A stretch of DNA of 64,000 nucleotides, from positions 241,220 to 305,219 of the forward strand of contig JANNVX010000088.1 in assembly GCA_031414595.1 (NCBI GenBank), read 5' to 3'. Shown here in pieces: positions 31,024 to 39,651 of the stretch. Position numbers and translations under genes: made by a program. The number at the start of each line of letters is the position of its first letter. Position 1 is the first letter of the stretch. Below the pieces are notes generated by a model. The model was not told the origin of the DNA, ran no database searches, and worked only from the letters and a program-made list of their open reading frames with translations. The DNA comes from Deinococcales bacterium (GTDB taxonomy: Bacteria > Deinococcota > Deinococci > Deinococcales > JAAFIG01).

Positions 31024-31071
31024 GATTAAGGTACGTGTTATTTGGAATTTGGTTCAGCTAAGATACAAGTG

Positions 31072-31515
31072 ATGAATGCTCGAGGAGAAATCTATGTGCT
31101 GGTGCAGTTTGTGTTACTGTCCTTAATTTTCTTTTTGCCCGAAATGGAAACCTTGCGTTTCCAAGGTTGGGTAATCGGAACGATACTAAAATTTCTGGGT
31201 TGGGCATTAATACTTTGGGCTGTTGTTTCTTTGGGTAGAAATTTAACGCCACTACCAAAACCAAAGTCTGATGCAAAACTCATCACCAGTGGAGCATTTG
31301 CTTGGATGCGCCATCCGATTTACACGGGCTTAATACTCTTGACTTTTGGTTCAGCACTTGAACGAGGGCATGGACTGGCTTTACTGTTTGCGCTGTGTTT
31401 AACGGTGTTACTCGAGTTTAAGTCGCGGCGTGAAGAACAATGGTTACTCGAGCAATTTAGCCAATATGCGACGTATCAAAAATTAGTTAAGAAATTCATA
31501 CCTTTAATTTACTAA
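31072..31515 (+). CDS. Isoprenylcysteine carboxylmethyltransferase / PEMT family membrane protein
   Basis: LTPLPKP...LITSG.FAWMRHPIY, EEQWL...Y..Y...V.KFIP. Confidence 0.88.
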   Translation: MNARGEIYVLVQFVLLSLIFFLPEMETLRFQGWVIGTILKFLGWALILWAVVSLGRNLTPLPKPKSDAKLITSGAFAWMRHPIYTGLILLTFGSALERGHGLALLFALCLTVLLEFKSRREEQWLLEQFSQYATYQKLVKKFIPLIY

Positions 31516-34387
31516 GTTGCTTATCTTCAAACACCTCGAGTGTCCCCAAGGCATACTGCATAGCTTCTTTAGGGCTTAAACTTTTGGCTTGGGCTTCAAA
31601 ATGCTGCAACTCTTTAGCACTAAAAAATTTGGCGCTTTGGCTTTCTATGAATTGGTTGGGTTCTAATTCATCTAAATTAAAATCCAGTCCAGGTTGGGAG
31701 CGCCACACCTTAGAAATCGCGTGGAGTCTAAGTCCTTTTGCATGACGTTGTTGTTGCTGCATAAAAGCGGCACTTAAAGAATAGAAACAGGTGTAACAAG
31801 CCGCATCTTGAACTTGTGGACAGAGAAGCCCAATTTCTGACAGTAGCTTAGCCAGATCAAGCTGATGACCACGCCTGAACATGACATTGCCTAGGGTCAG
31901 TAAAGTCGCACAAAGATTTGGTAGGTTTCTGACTTCACGGTAAATAATAATGGCTTGCTCGAGTAGTTTCTGGGCTTCTTCAAAGTTATTTTGGGTAATG
32001 TAGACATACGCATAATTGGCATACCCATTGGCTAAACTGCGCTTGTTGTTACTGGCAAGAGATTTACTAATCAGATTTTTAAAAGCTCGAGACGACAAAT
32101 CAATATCGCCGTGCAACCAGTACACAAAAGCCAGTTGATTCAAGCAATCTGTTTCAACATTGATGTTCGGGGTAGCTTGCAGTAACTCGAGGGCTTTTTG
32201 AATACTCGAAATGGCAATTTCGTAATCGCCACTATCACCACGCACCTCGCCGATGGCATGGCGGGCTTTTGCTTCGGCGCTCAAATCACCGATTTCCAAA
32301 GCAATTTCTAATGCTAACTCTGCATCGGCTAAACGAAGCTCGGAATTGACCATCCGAAGCCCAATGACACCGCGAACATACAATAAATTGGCTCGAGTTG
32401 AATCCCTAACTTGCAAAGCAGGTAATTCAAGCAGGCGGTTCAACCAGTACATACCCATTTGTTTCTTAGCCCCAGCAATCCAAAAGTAAATCACTGAATA
32501 GACAATCCTGGCTGCAACTTGCGGCTGATTCTGTACCGCCCATTCAAGTACCAAAGAGATGTTCTCGAATTCTTGGTCAAAATTCCTAATTGCCTCGGCA
32601 ATAGGTCTTTCGGGATCATGAATCGCCACGCTAATCGCCCAATCCTCTGAAAGTAAACTCAACTCGAGCAGCGCCGCTTCTTTTTGACTTGGCTCGAGTT
32701 GCTGTTCAGCGAACTGCCGAATCACTTCGTGAATAACAAAACGGTTGCCGTTACGAGCAATTAAAGATTTACTGACCAAACCAAATAAGATACTGGCACT
32801 GGCTTTGGCGACTCGAGCCAAGGATTCTAAAGTAAAACCACCGCGCAACAAACTCAAGGTCGCTAAAACCATTTGCTGTTCTAAATTTAGCAATTGCCAA
32901 CTGGCATTGAACACGGCTCGCATGCTGCGATGACGCAATGGCACATCGGGTTGATTGACCGACAAGAAATCCAAGCTCAAACGAATTTCTTGCACCACCT
33001 CCTCGGGTTTTAAGATTCGCAACCAATGGCTGGCAAGTTCTATTGCAAGCGGCGACCCTTGCAACAACCCACAAATCTGAGTGATAAAAGGCTTGTCTTT
33101 TGGCTCGAGAAAAAAACGCGGATTGACCCGTTTGGCATTGCGTAAAAATAGTTGTACCGAATCAAAAATCTCGATTTGCTCCGAATCTGCTTTGGGTACA
33201 TCCAAGCCAAGCACATCCACCAAATACTCAGCTTGAACATTGAGGGTTTCACGGCTGGTGGTTAAAATTCGCAGCTTTGGCGCAGCCGCTAATAACTCGA
33301 GGATGGTTGTGGTTTGCTTGAGCAGATGCTCCATGTTGTCTAGCACCAAGAGCAACTGACTTTGCGATAAATAATTTTTAAGAAAAACCAATTGCTGCTC
33401 TAAGCTCTGGGCGGGTAAATGCAAAGCTGCAATGGTTGCAGCCACAAGGTCATCCACACCAGCCAGAGGCACAAAAACCGCCCCATCGGCAAAGTTTGGA
33501 GCTTGCTCGAGCGCCACTTGAATGGCTAAACGGGTTTTGCCCATGCCGCCAGCCCCAATTAAGGTTAAAAGCCGAACTTGTGGTTGGACAAACATCGAAG
33601 CAATCTCAGATAAATCCACATCCCGACCAACAAAAGATGTGGCTTGAACGGGAAAATTTTGCAATTTTGATTTCTCAAAAGGCGCGACGACTTTGGTTTC
33701 TTTTTGACTTAATTCGGCTGCCAGTTGCAGTGTTGTCTCGAGCGGCGGTAAGCCAAGGTCTTGTTTGAGCATCGTCTTGAACGACTCAAAAGCCCTGAGC
33801 GCCTCGAGCCGCCCACCTGTTTGAATGGCGCAACTCAGCAGCACTTGCAATACATCTTCGGCTAGTGGGTCGGAGGCTAAAACCCGCAAGCAAACCTTTT
33901 GCGTCATCTCGAAATTGCTTTCTAGCACCAGTTGCTTGGCGGCGACCAGCGCTGCGTCACGGAAGGCGTTGTGCAGTGCTTCACGCTCCTGCTCGAGCCA
34001 ATCAGATAATTCTGGGACATCTGGATGTAAACCATTCAAGAATTGCCCGTGGTACAAATCCAGCGCCTCGAGATGGCAATCAGAACTAATCAGGGTTTGA
34101 AACTGCGCCACATCCGACTGCACCAACCAGCGCACCTGTTCGCCGCTTGACTCGAGGTTGGCAAATTCCAAAGCCCGAACTCGAGACAGCAAATGGCGCA
34201 GATTTTTACGGGCTGCCACCGAATCGGAATCCTCAAAAAAAAGCAGTGCTAGTTGGTCTCGAGACACCCAATCGGACTTAAACGCCAAGTATGCAAGTAG
34301 TAAAAAACGCTTATCTGACAAGAAAATAACCTCTTTAGTCTCGAGGTTTACCTTGGCAGTGCCTAGCAATTGAACGGTAGGAAGCAT
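31496..34387 (-). CDS. SARP/BTAD-NB-ARC-TPR transcriptional regulator (AfsR-like STAND)
   Basis: wHTH (LLAYLA...SRDQLA), BTAD (ALDLYHGQFL...WLEQERE), FVGR, GAGGMGKT, LLVLDNMEH, GSPLAIELA, TPRs. Confidence 0.93.
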   Translation of the reverse strand: MLPTVQLLGTAKVNLETKEVIFLSDKRFLLLAYLAFKSDWVSRDQLALLFFEDSDSVAARKNLRHLLSRVRALEFANLESSGEQVRWLVQSDVAQFQTLISSDCHLEALDLYHGQFLNGLHPDVPELSDWLEQEREALHNAFRDAALVAAKQLVLESNFEMTQKVCLRVLASDPLAEDVLQVLLSCAIQTGGRLEALRAFESFKTMLKQDLGLPPLETTLQLAAELSQKETKVVAPFEKSKLQNFPVQATSFVGRDVDLSEIASMFVQPQVRLLTLIGAGGMGKTRLAIQVALEQAPNFADGAVFVPLAGVDDLVAATIAALHLPAQSLEQQLVFLKNYLSQSQLLLVLDNMEHLLKQTTTILELLAAAPKLRILTTSRETLNVQAEYLVDVLGLDVPKADSEQIEIFDSVQLFLRNAKRVNPRFFLEPKDKPFITQICGLLQGSPLAIELASHWLRILKPEEVVQEIRLSLDFLSVNQPDVPLRHRSMRAVFNASWQLLNLEQQMVLATLSLLRGGFTLESLARVAKASASILFGLVSKSLIARNGNRFVIHEVIRQFAEQQLEPSQKEAALLELSLLSEDWAISVAIHDPERPIAEAIRNFDQEFENISLVLEWAVQNQPQVAARIVYSVIYFWIAGAKKQMGMYWLNRLLELPALQVRDSTRANLLYVRGVIGLRMVNSELRLADAELALEIALEIGDLSAEAKARHAIGEVRGDSGDYEIAISSIQKALELLQATPNINVETDCLNQLAFVYWLHGDIDLSSRAFKNLISKSLASNNKRSLANGYANYAYVYITQNNFEEAQKLLEQAIIIYREVRNLPNLCATLLTLGNVMFRRGHQLDLAKLLSEIGLLCPQVQDAACYTCFYSLSAAFMQQQQRHAKGLRLHAISKVWRSQPGLDFNLDELEPNQFIESQSAKFFSAKELQHFEAQAKSLSPKEAMQYALGTLEVFEDKQLSKLKV

Positions 34388-34441
34388 CGTCAGGGGAAAG
34401 TTTAACAGCTTTTGGTGGGCAGCATCGCACCGAATAACCCA

Positions 34442-34489
34442 TGCAACGCTGGTCATGCGACGCTCATGCGACGCACCGTTTTGCATACT
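34442..34489 (+). promoter_or_regulatory. SARP-type operator/promoter, copy 1
   Basis: TGCAACGC 34442, TGCGACGC 34456 and 34467 (11-bp period), CATACT at 34484. Confidence 0.7.
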
Positions 34490-34543
34490 ACCGCATCGCT
34501 CGAGGGCAAGACCAAAATAACAAGACTCGAGTTCGGAGGCTGT

Positions 34544-34987
34544 ATGAAAAAGTGGTTTTTAATCTTGGTGGCAGTATTGGGTTTCTCGAGCTTGGCTGGC
34601 GCACAAAAATTCTCGGTTGGTGGCGGGCTAACCAGCCAATTCCAAAGTGGTTTTGTGCTTGGTTTTGGCATTAACTTAGGCGTAGAGAACTTAGTAAAAT
34701 TCAGCAAGGACTTTGGCTTAGATGCTCGAGTTGACCTCGAAGGTACGTTCCTACCTGGTGGCTTGTCGCTCCTTGGTAGTCTAGCGGTTTTAGGGTCTTA
34801 TCAAATTGATGATCTTGATATTTACTTTGGACCTCGGTTGTCTTACGGTTCGGCTTTTGGCTTTGGTGCATTGATCGGATTGCGCTTTGATTGGACAAGC
34901 ACATTTGGGACGTACATCGAAACCAGATTTCTCTTTACCCCAGCTTTTGATTACCAAGCCGCCCTCGGCGTTCGCATCCTGCTCTAA
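34544..34987 (+). CDS. Small outer-membrane beta-barrel protein
   Basis: GGAGG RBS, signal peptide ending AGAQ, alternating hydrophobic strands, C-terminal ALGVRILL. Confidence 0.75.
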   Translation: MKKWFLILVAVLGFSSLAGAQKFSVGGGLTSQFQSGFVLGFGINLGVENLVKFSKDFGLDARVDLEGTFLPGGLSLLGSLAVLGSYQIDDLDIYFGPRLSYGSAFGFGALIGLRFDWTSTFGTYIETRFLFTPAFDYQAALGVRILL

Positions 34988-34997
34988 GCCCTCATGA

Positions 34998-35027
34998 CAA
35001 GGCTCGAGACCCCTAACTCGAGCCTTG
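34998..35027. terminator. Hairpin built on CTCGAG arms
   Basis: CAAGGCTCGAG-ACCCCTAA-CTCGAGCCTTG. Confidence 0.55.
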
Positions 35028-35057
35028 AATTCAAAAGCCCAGAAAAAAAGGAGAGCC

Positions 35058-35201
35058 ATGTTAGACAACCTCAATCTTGTTTTCCCTATTTCCACAAACC
35101 GTGAAACCAGACTCGAGCCTGACATGGCTCGAGAACAGACGGTACAACCGCACCCAGCCGATAAAATCAGCCTTCAAACAGGTTATTGGCACGCGGTTTA
35201 G
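35058..35201 (+). CDS. Small ORF (47 aa) or truncated gene
   Basis: AAGGAG RBS; the frame stays open after the TAG at 35199, so a premature stop is possible. Confidence 0.4.
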   Translation: MLDNLNLVFPISTNRETRLEPDMAREQTVQPHPADKISLQTGYWHAV

Positions 35202-35283
35202 CAAATTATTTCTTGGTGCAATTTGGCACGTTTTGAAGACCCATTGACCCTAAACCCTCTTTCGATTTTACTAGGAGAATCAT

Positions 35284-35577
35284 ATGGAATACATTACTCG
35301 CTTCAGACTCAAACCCAATAAAGCCGAAGAATTTCGCCAGTGGCTCTTAGACAACCATGACAAGCTCGTGGCTACTATGCCCGAGGGCTGAACGTATTTC
35401 ACTTTACGTGGTTTTGGCGAATACCACTGCGAAAGCCGTTGGGAGCTAACAGGTTATGGCGCATTGGCTAACCCTTTCCGTGATCCAATCCATGGTGAAG
35501 TCGGTGAGTTGTTTTCTGACCAGTCCTATCCCGATGAAGTGACCCTGCTCAGAAAAGTGCATCCGAAGTCCGCATAA
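35284..35577 (+). pseudogene. Small dimeric alpha/beta-barrel-like gene with in-frame TGA
   Basis: AGGAG RBS, MEYITRFRLKPNKAEEFRQWL...PEG*TYFTLRGFGEYHCESRWEL...; TGA at 35389 in a Trp-like context, frame continues to TAA at 35575. Confidence 0.6.
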
Positions 35578-35598
35578 AACAGTGTAGTCAAGTGATTC

Positions 35599-35622
35599 GT
35601 AGGGTGGGGTTTTTGTCCACCT
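35599..35622 (+). repeat. Degenerate GTAG-type REP-like palindrome
   Basis: GTAGGGTGGGG-TTTTTG-TCCACCT; resembles 36524-36548. Confidence 0.4.
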
Positions 35623-35644
35623 TTCTCGAGACACAAAACCAAGC

Positions 35645-35672
35645 CCACTTTCTGATCCACTTTCTGATCCAC
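35645..35672 (+). repeat. 12-bp tandem repeat before an RBS
   Basis: CCACTTTCTGAT x2 + CCAC. Confidence 0.7.
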
Positions 35673-35685
35673 AAGGAGAATCATC

Positions 35686-36006
35686 ATGAATAAGTACCTA
35701 ATTAAACTCAATTACACTGGCGAAGGAATCAAAGGAGTCATTGCCGAGGGCGGCTCGAGCCGCAAAGCAGTGGCTGAAGCGCTGGTGAAATCGGTTGGAG
35801 GATCGCTTGAATCAATGTATTTTGCTTTTGGCGAAACGGATGTTTATGGCATTGCCAGTCTTCCTAGTCACCATGCCGCCATTGCCGTGTCAGGTACTTT
35901 GAACGCCACTGGACGAGTCACCTGCTCGGTTACGCCTTTAATTACGGTTGAAGAGATGGATGAAGCCGTCAAACTCAGCCCTGTTTACCGCGCACCAGGG
36001 CAGTAA
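35686..36006 (+). CDS. GYD domain protein
   Basis: YT.EG.KG...GG.LESMYFAFGETD...TPLIT.EE.D.A. Confidence 0.88.
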   Translation: MNKYLIKLNYTGEGIKGVIAEGGSSRKAVAEALVKSVGGSLESMYFAFGETDVYGIASLPSHHAAIAVSGTLNATGRVTCSVTPLITVEEMDEAVKLSPVYRAPGQ

Positions 36007-36008
36007 AA

Positions 36009-36527
36009 ATGGCAAGACTTGCGTTTGCCAATATCGCTATTTTACGGCAACCCTTCGGCGACCCTCAAGTGCGCGGTTTTGAAGAGCGTATTAACAGTGT
36101 CTTCGAGGTTGCCAATGACAGTCATGGGTTTGTGCTATTACACGATAACCCTGCCGACATTCCCGATATGTTTCGCGCCCCCGAATTTGCGGGTCGGGTG
36201 GCTCAGAACCTCTCCGAGTGGCAAAATCTCGAGTCGGTGATGGCGTATGCCTATGGTGGTTTGCACGGCGAAGCCTTCGCCAAACGCAAGGAATGGTTTG
36301 AGCAAGGCTCGTTTCCCAGTTCTGTGGCGTGGTGGGTCGAAGATGACCAACCAGTCACTTGGCAAGAAGCACATCGGCGTTACGAACTGATTTACCACCA
36401 AGGCTCGAGTCCAGAAGCATTTAATTTGAAGCAGGCATTCACACCTGATGGAAGTCCTTACGCGATTGACCGTGAGATGGTGAAAAAAATTGGGCTTGAA
36501 AATCAGTCCCGCAGCAAAAATTTGTAG
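36009..36527 (+). CDS. DUF3291 domain protein
   Basis: LA..NIA, NLSEW.NLES..AYAY.GLH......RKEWF, WWV, G.SPEAF. Confidence 0.85.
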   Translation: MARLAFANIAILRQPFGDPQVRGFEERINSVFEVANDSHGFVLLHDNPADIPDMFRAPEFAGRVAQNLSEWQNLESVMAYAYGGLHGEAFAKRKEWFEQGSFPSSVAWWVEDDQPVTWQEAHRRYELIYHQGSSPEAFNLKQAFTPDGSPYAIDREMVKKIGLENQSRSKNL

Positions 36528-36548
36528 GGTGGGCAAAGCCCACCTTAC
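36524..36548 (+). repeat. GTAG-type REP-like palindrome
   Basis: GTAGGGTGGGC-AAA-GCCCACCTTAC. Confidence 0.6.
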
Positions 36549-36567
36549 ACCCTCGAGTCTCGAGAAA

Positions 36568-37164
36568 TCAGTTCAGCATTGCCACCAAAATCCCAAGAAT
36601 CTCGGGCAGTTCCTCTAAATCATAAGACCGATTGTCCACGGTCAAAACGTTTTGCTCGAGATGCAAGAATTGCCAAGAATTGCCAATGGTTACAGCCCCG
36701 TAGACTCGAGTTTGTGCTTTTCCTTCGCGCTGGTTATAAATTTGGGTCGCCACCATTTCGGCGGTTGCTTGGGCAATGCCTTGTTTGAAATTCTCGTTCT
36801 TGGCTTCCACTACGACTAAAACAGGCGCTTCTAAGTAAAGTTGCTGTGTGGACTTAGAAAAAAGAAAATCGCAAATACCAATCAAGCCTTTTTCTGCATC
36901 CACATTAAATTCCACGCCACTAAAAACCGAAACTTGGTCATGCACTAGGGCGCGAACCTCGAGTAAAATTGGGGCAATTATAAATTCGCTTCGGGCTTTT
37001 TCGGTGTTCTGCTTGACCGCCACTGCCACACCACGCTCAAGAATGTAGGTCAGGGCAGAGGAGGGCTGGATGGGCGTAAAAGCAAGTTCTAAGGGCTGGT
37101 TATCAATCAGGTGTAAATCGAATTTTTTAATCACTGTTGGTAGATTGAAATTGCTGTATGCCAT
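36568..37164 (-). CDS. Hypothetical PD-(D/E)XK / HsdR-N-like protein (paralogue of 5661-6260)
   Basis: NTEKARSEFIIAPIL, ICDF, VVEAK, GAVTIGNSWQFL; leaderless after TAGACT. Confidence 0.8.
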   Translation of the reverse strand: MAYSNFNLPTVIKKFDLHLIDNQPLELAFTPIQPSSALTYILERGVAVAVKQNTEKARSEFIIAPILLEVRALVHDQVSVFSGVEFNVDAEKGLIGICDFLFSKSTQQLYLEAPVLVVVEAKNENFKQGIAQATAEMVATQIYNQREGKAQTRVYGAVTIGNSWQFLHLEQNVLTVDNRSYDLEELPEILGILVAMLN

Positions 37165-37237
37165 GAAATTAGTCTAGTTGGTTTGATGCTAAGTTTTATA
37201 AAGATTTTGCTACAATGACACAATCAATAAGGAGTTT

Positions 37238-37627
37238 ATGAAAGCAATCCTTCAATCTTGGAAGAATGTCAAACTCGAGCAGCTATCCCCACTTATCATG
37301 CGGCGTTACATTCACGGACAGCAGGCGATGGTTGCCAGTTTTGAGCTAAAAGCAGGCGCGGTTGTGCCTTGGCACGAACACGCCAATGAGCAAATCAGTC
37401 TTATACTCGAGGGACGAGTGCGGTTTTTGTATAAAAACGGAGACAAACAGCATTCGTTTGAAGCTGTTTCAGGCGATACTGTGGTGATTCCCGGTGGAGT
37501 TCCACATTGTGTTGAAATTATCGAAGATTCGCGGGCGTTTGATGTGTTTGCACCACCTCGAGAGGATTGGATTGCAGGTGCGGATACCTATTTGCGCGAC
37601 CCAGCAAAGCATGAGGAACCTGTTTGA
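37238..37627 (+). CDS. Cupin domain protein
   Basis: PWHEHANEQ, IPGGVPH, DVFAPPREDW. Confidence 0.9.
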   Translation: MKAILQSWKNVKLEQLSPLIMRRYIHGQQAMVASFELKAGAVVPWHEHANEQISLILEGRVRFLYKNGDKQHSFEAVSGDTVVIPGGVPHCVEIIEDSRAFDVFAPPREDWIAGADTYLRDPAKHEEPV

Positions 37628-37637
37628 AAGGAAAACC

Positions 37638-37697
37638 ATGTTGGACTACTTTGCCGCTTCACCCAAACACCATAAAGTACCTCGAGTCTACTCATGA
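37638..37697 (+). pseudogene. 5' remnant of a cupin-like gene paralogous to 38790-39119
   Basis: AAGGA RBS, MLDYFAASPKHHKV versus LDAVAAAPEHHKV; similarity ends at CTCGAG 37681. Confidence 0.6.
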
Positions 37698-37701
37698 ATT
37701 G

Positions 37702-38655
37702 TTAAAGGCTGGTCAACAAATGTTTTCGCAATGCAGCGATTTGTGATTTTCGGAAATCCTGAACCACTCCAAGCTGAGGGTCAAAAACATCAAAACCATG
37801 AAACGCACCTGCAACCACGACCACTTCAACTTCGATACCACAGGCTTGTAATCGCTTGGCATACACAAGGTCTTCGTCATGAAAAACATCCAATGAACCG
37901 ACACCAATCCAAGCTGGTGGTAGATTTGACAGGTCTTCTCGGCGGGCTGGAACAGCATAGGCAGGTATGTCTTTTGTTCCACACGAAACTCCCAAATAAC
38001 TTTCCCAACCAAATTGATTGCTTTTTTGCGTCCAGGTCACATTGTTGCTGTCGTCAATTGCTGAGCGCAGAACAGTTTTATCATCAAGCATTGGGTAGAC
38101 AAGCAATTGAAAAGCCACTTTGTATTGCTGACGGTCATAAATAAGTTGCACCAAGGCTGCGGCAAGTCCACCGCCAGCACTCGCACCGCCAATCGCAATG
38201 CGATTTGGGTCTACACCAAGTTCTCGAGCCTGTGAAACCACCCAGGTTAAGGCAGCGTAGCAGTCGTGTAACCCAATAGGAAAAGGATACTTTGGTGCAT
38301 AACGGTAATCCACTGAGACCACTGTGATTCCCAATTCTTGAACATACCAAGAACAACACCCATCATCTTGTTCTGGTTTACCGACCACAAAACCGCCGCC
38401 GTGCATCCAAATCAGCACAGGGGAAGGTGTTGTAACAGTTTTGGATTTGTAGACACGCAAACGAATCTTTGCTGGCTCAGATTCTGTGGGGATAAAAATA
38501 TTTTTAATCAAAACATCTTGGGGAATTTTAGCTAAAGGCATCAAAGACATCAACAAACGCATCAGCCACAGGTTTTTCTTGTTGAAATCAAACATAGGAC
38601 TTCGTTTTGCGATTTGTACAAGGTCTGGATGTATTTTAGAAAAATCTTTTTTCAT
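37702..38655 (-). CDS. HSL-family esterase/lipase (alpha/beta hydrolase fold 3)
   Basis: HGGG, VDYRYAP, GASAGG, D (LDVFHDE), HGF. Confidence 0.93.
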   Translation of the reverse strand: MKKDFSKIHPDLVQIAKRSPMFDFNKKNLWLMRLLMSLMPLAKIPQDVLIKNIFIPTESEPAKIRLRVYKSKTVTTPSPVLIWMHGGGFVVGKPEQDDGCCSWYVQELGITVVSVDYRYAPKYPFPIGLHDCYAALTWVVSQARELGVDPNRIAIGGASAGGGLAAALVQLIYDRQQYKVAFQLLVYPMLDDKTVLRSAIDDSNNVTWTQKSNQFGWESYLGVSCGTKDIPAYAVPARREDLSNLPPAWIGVGSLDVFHDEDLVYAKRLQACGIEVEVVVVAGAFHGFDVFDPQLGVVQDFRKSQIAALRKHLLTSL

Positions 38656-38789
38656 GCTTCAAAACACTCCAAATTAGCTCTAGATTTATATACTACCCTA
38701 GAAGGAGTTCATCAACGCCAAACTGTTGGTCAAGTAAAATCGCTCTTTCACCCTCGAGATAACTCGAGAAGCCACTGAACAGGAGAATC

Positions 38790-39119
38790 ATGCTAAATCA
38801 CCTTGATGCTGTTGCCGCCGCACCCGAACATCATAAAGTCCTGCTCGAGAATGACCAAATTCGAGTTCTTGAGACGTTGCTGCGACCTGGTGAAGAAACG
38901 GCAGTTCATACCCACATTTGGTCTGGATTTTTGTACATCATTTCTTGGAGCGATTTTATTCGTTACGACGAACATCGCAATATCATGATGGATTCGGCAC
39001 GTATGACCAACACGCCAATTCCAGGCACAGCCATTCCAGCCGCGCCAATTCCGCCACATTCATTGCGAAATGTTGGCACTGAAAATATCCATGTGATTCT
39101 GACTGAATTTAAGGCATAA
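38790..39119 (+). CDS. Cupin-like protein
   Basis: HKVLLENDQIRV, HTH, PHSLRNVG...EFK. Confidence 0.85.
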   Translation: MLNHLDAVAAAPEHHKVLLENDQIRVLETLLRPGEETAVHTHIWSGFLYIISWSDFIRYDEHRNIMMDSARMTNTPIPGTAIPAAPIPPHSLRNVGTENIHVILTEFKA

Positions 39120-39140
39120 GCTCTAGCTAGGGCTGATATT

Positions 39141-39187
39141 GTGCAGGTTCCCCATGCGACGCTGGTGCGACGCTCGAAACTTATACT
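39141..39187 (+). promoter_or_regulatory. SARP-type operator/promoter, copy 2 (47-bp direct repeat)
   Basis: TGCGACGC at 39155 and 39166, TATACT at 39182; 45/47 identical to 43453-43499. Confidence 0.8.
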
Positions 39188-39208
39188 GATGGGGTAAAGG
39201 AGAACACA

Positions 39209-39646
39209 ATGGCAAACGAAACAGTCAAAATCGTGGTTTCTAAGGATGGCAAGTGGCTCGAGACAGCAGAAGGTATGGCACTGTATTACTTTGAGCCTCA
39301 GATTCAAGACCCTTTTCATGAAAAAATTCCTTGGATGGACAATATGTACCCGTTCACCGATTGGATGAAGAAATGGAATCCATTGGTGGGTGTACCTGAA
39401 TTTGAGGCGAACTATGCTTTTGATGTAGTGACACAAAAAGATTTTGGGTATGCAACTCGAGAAGGTGGTCCTGAAGACAAAGGCAAACAGATTTTATTTA
39501 GAAATTGGTATTTGTATACTTATAAGCCAGATGAAAGAGCCACCATTTACGGCGAAATTTTAGGACTGTGGAGACTTACTCCTGCTGATCTGAAAATGCT
39601 GACTGGCAAAATGTGGAACGATCAGAAAATCGGTGCAGGACCTTAA
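39209..39646 (+). CDS. COG4315 / Lipoprotein_15-like Yx(FWY)xxD repeat protein without signal peptide
   Basis: EGMALYYF, QILFRNWYLYTYKPD, GEILGLW; AGGAG RBS. Confidence 0.6.
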   Translation: MANETVKIVVSKDGKWLETAEGMALYYFEPQIQDPFHEKIPWMDNMYPFTDWMKKWNPLVGVPEFEANYAFDVVTQKDFGYATREGGPEDKGKQILFRNWYLYTYKPDERATIYGEILGLWRLTPADLKMLTGKMWNDQKIGAGP

Positions 39647-39651
39647 AAATA

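Noticed and set aside
35389-35391. Selenocysteine TGA
   Set aside because: The context looks like Trp (PEGW), not a redox Cys site, and no convincing SECIS hairpin follows
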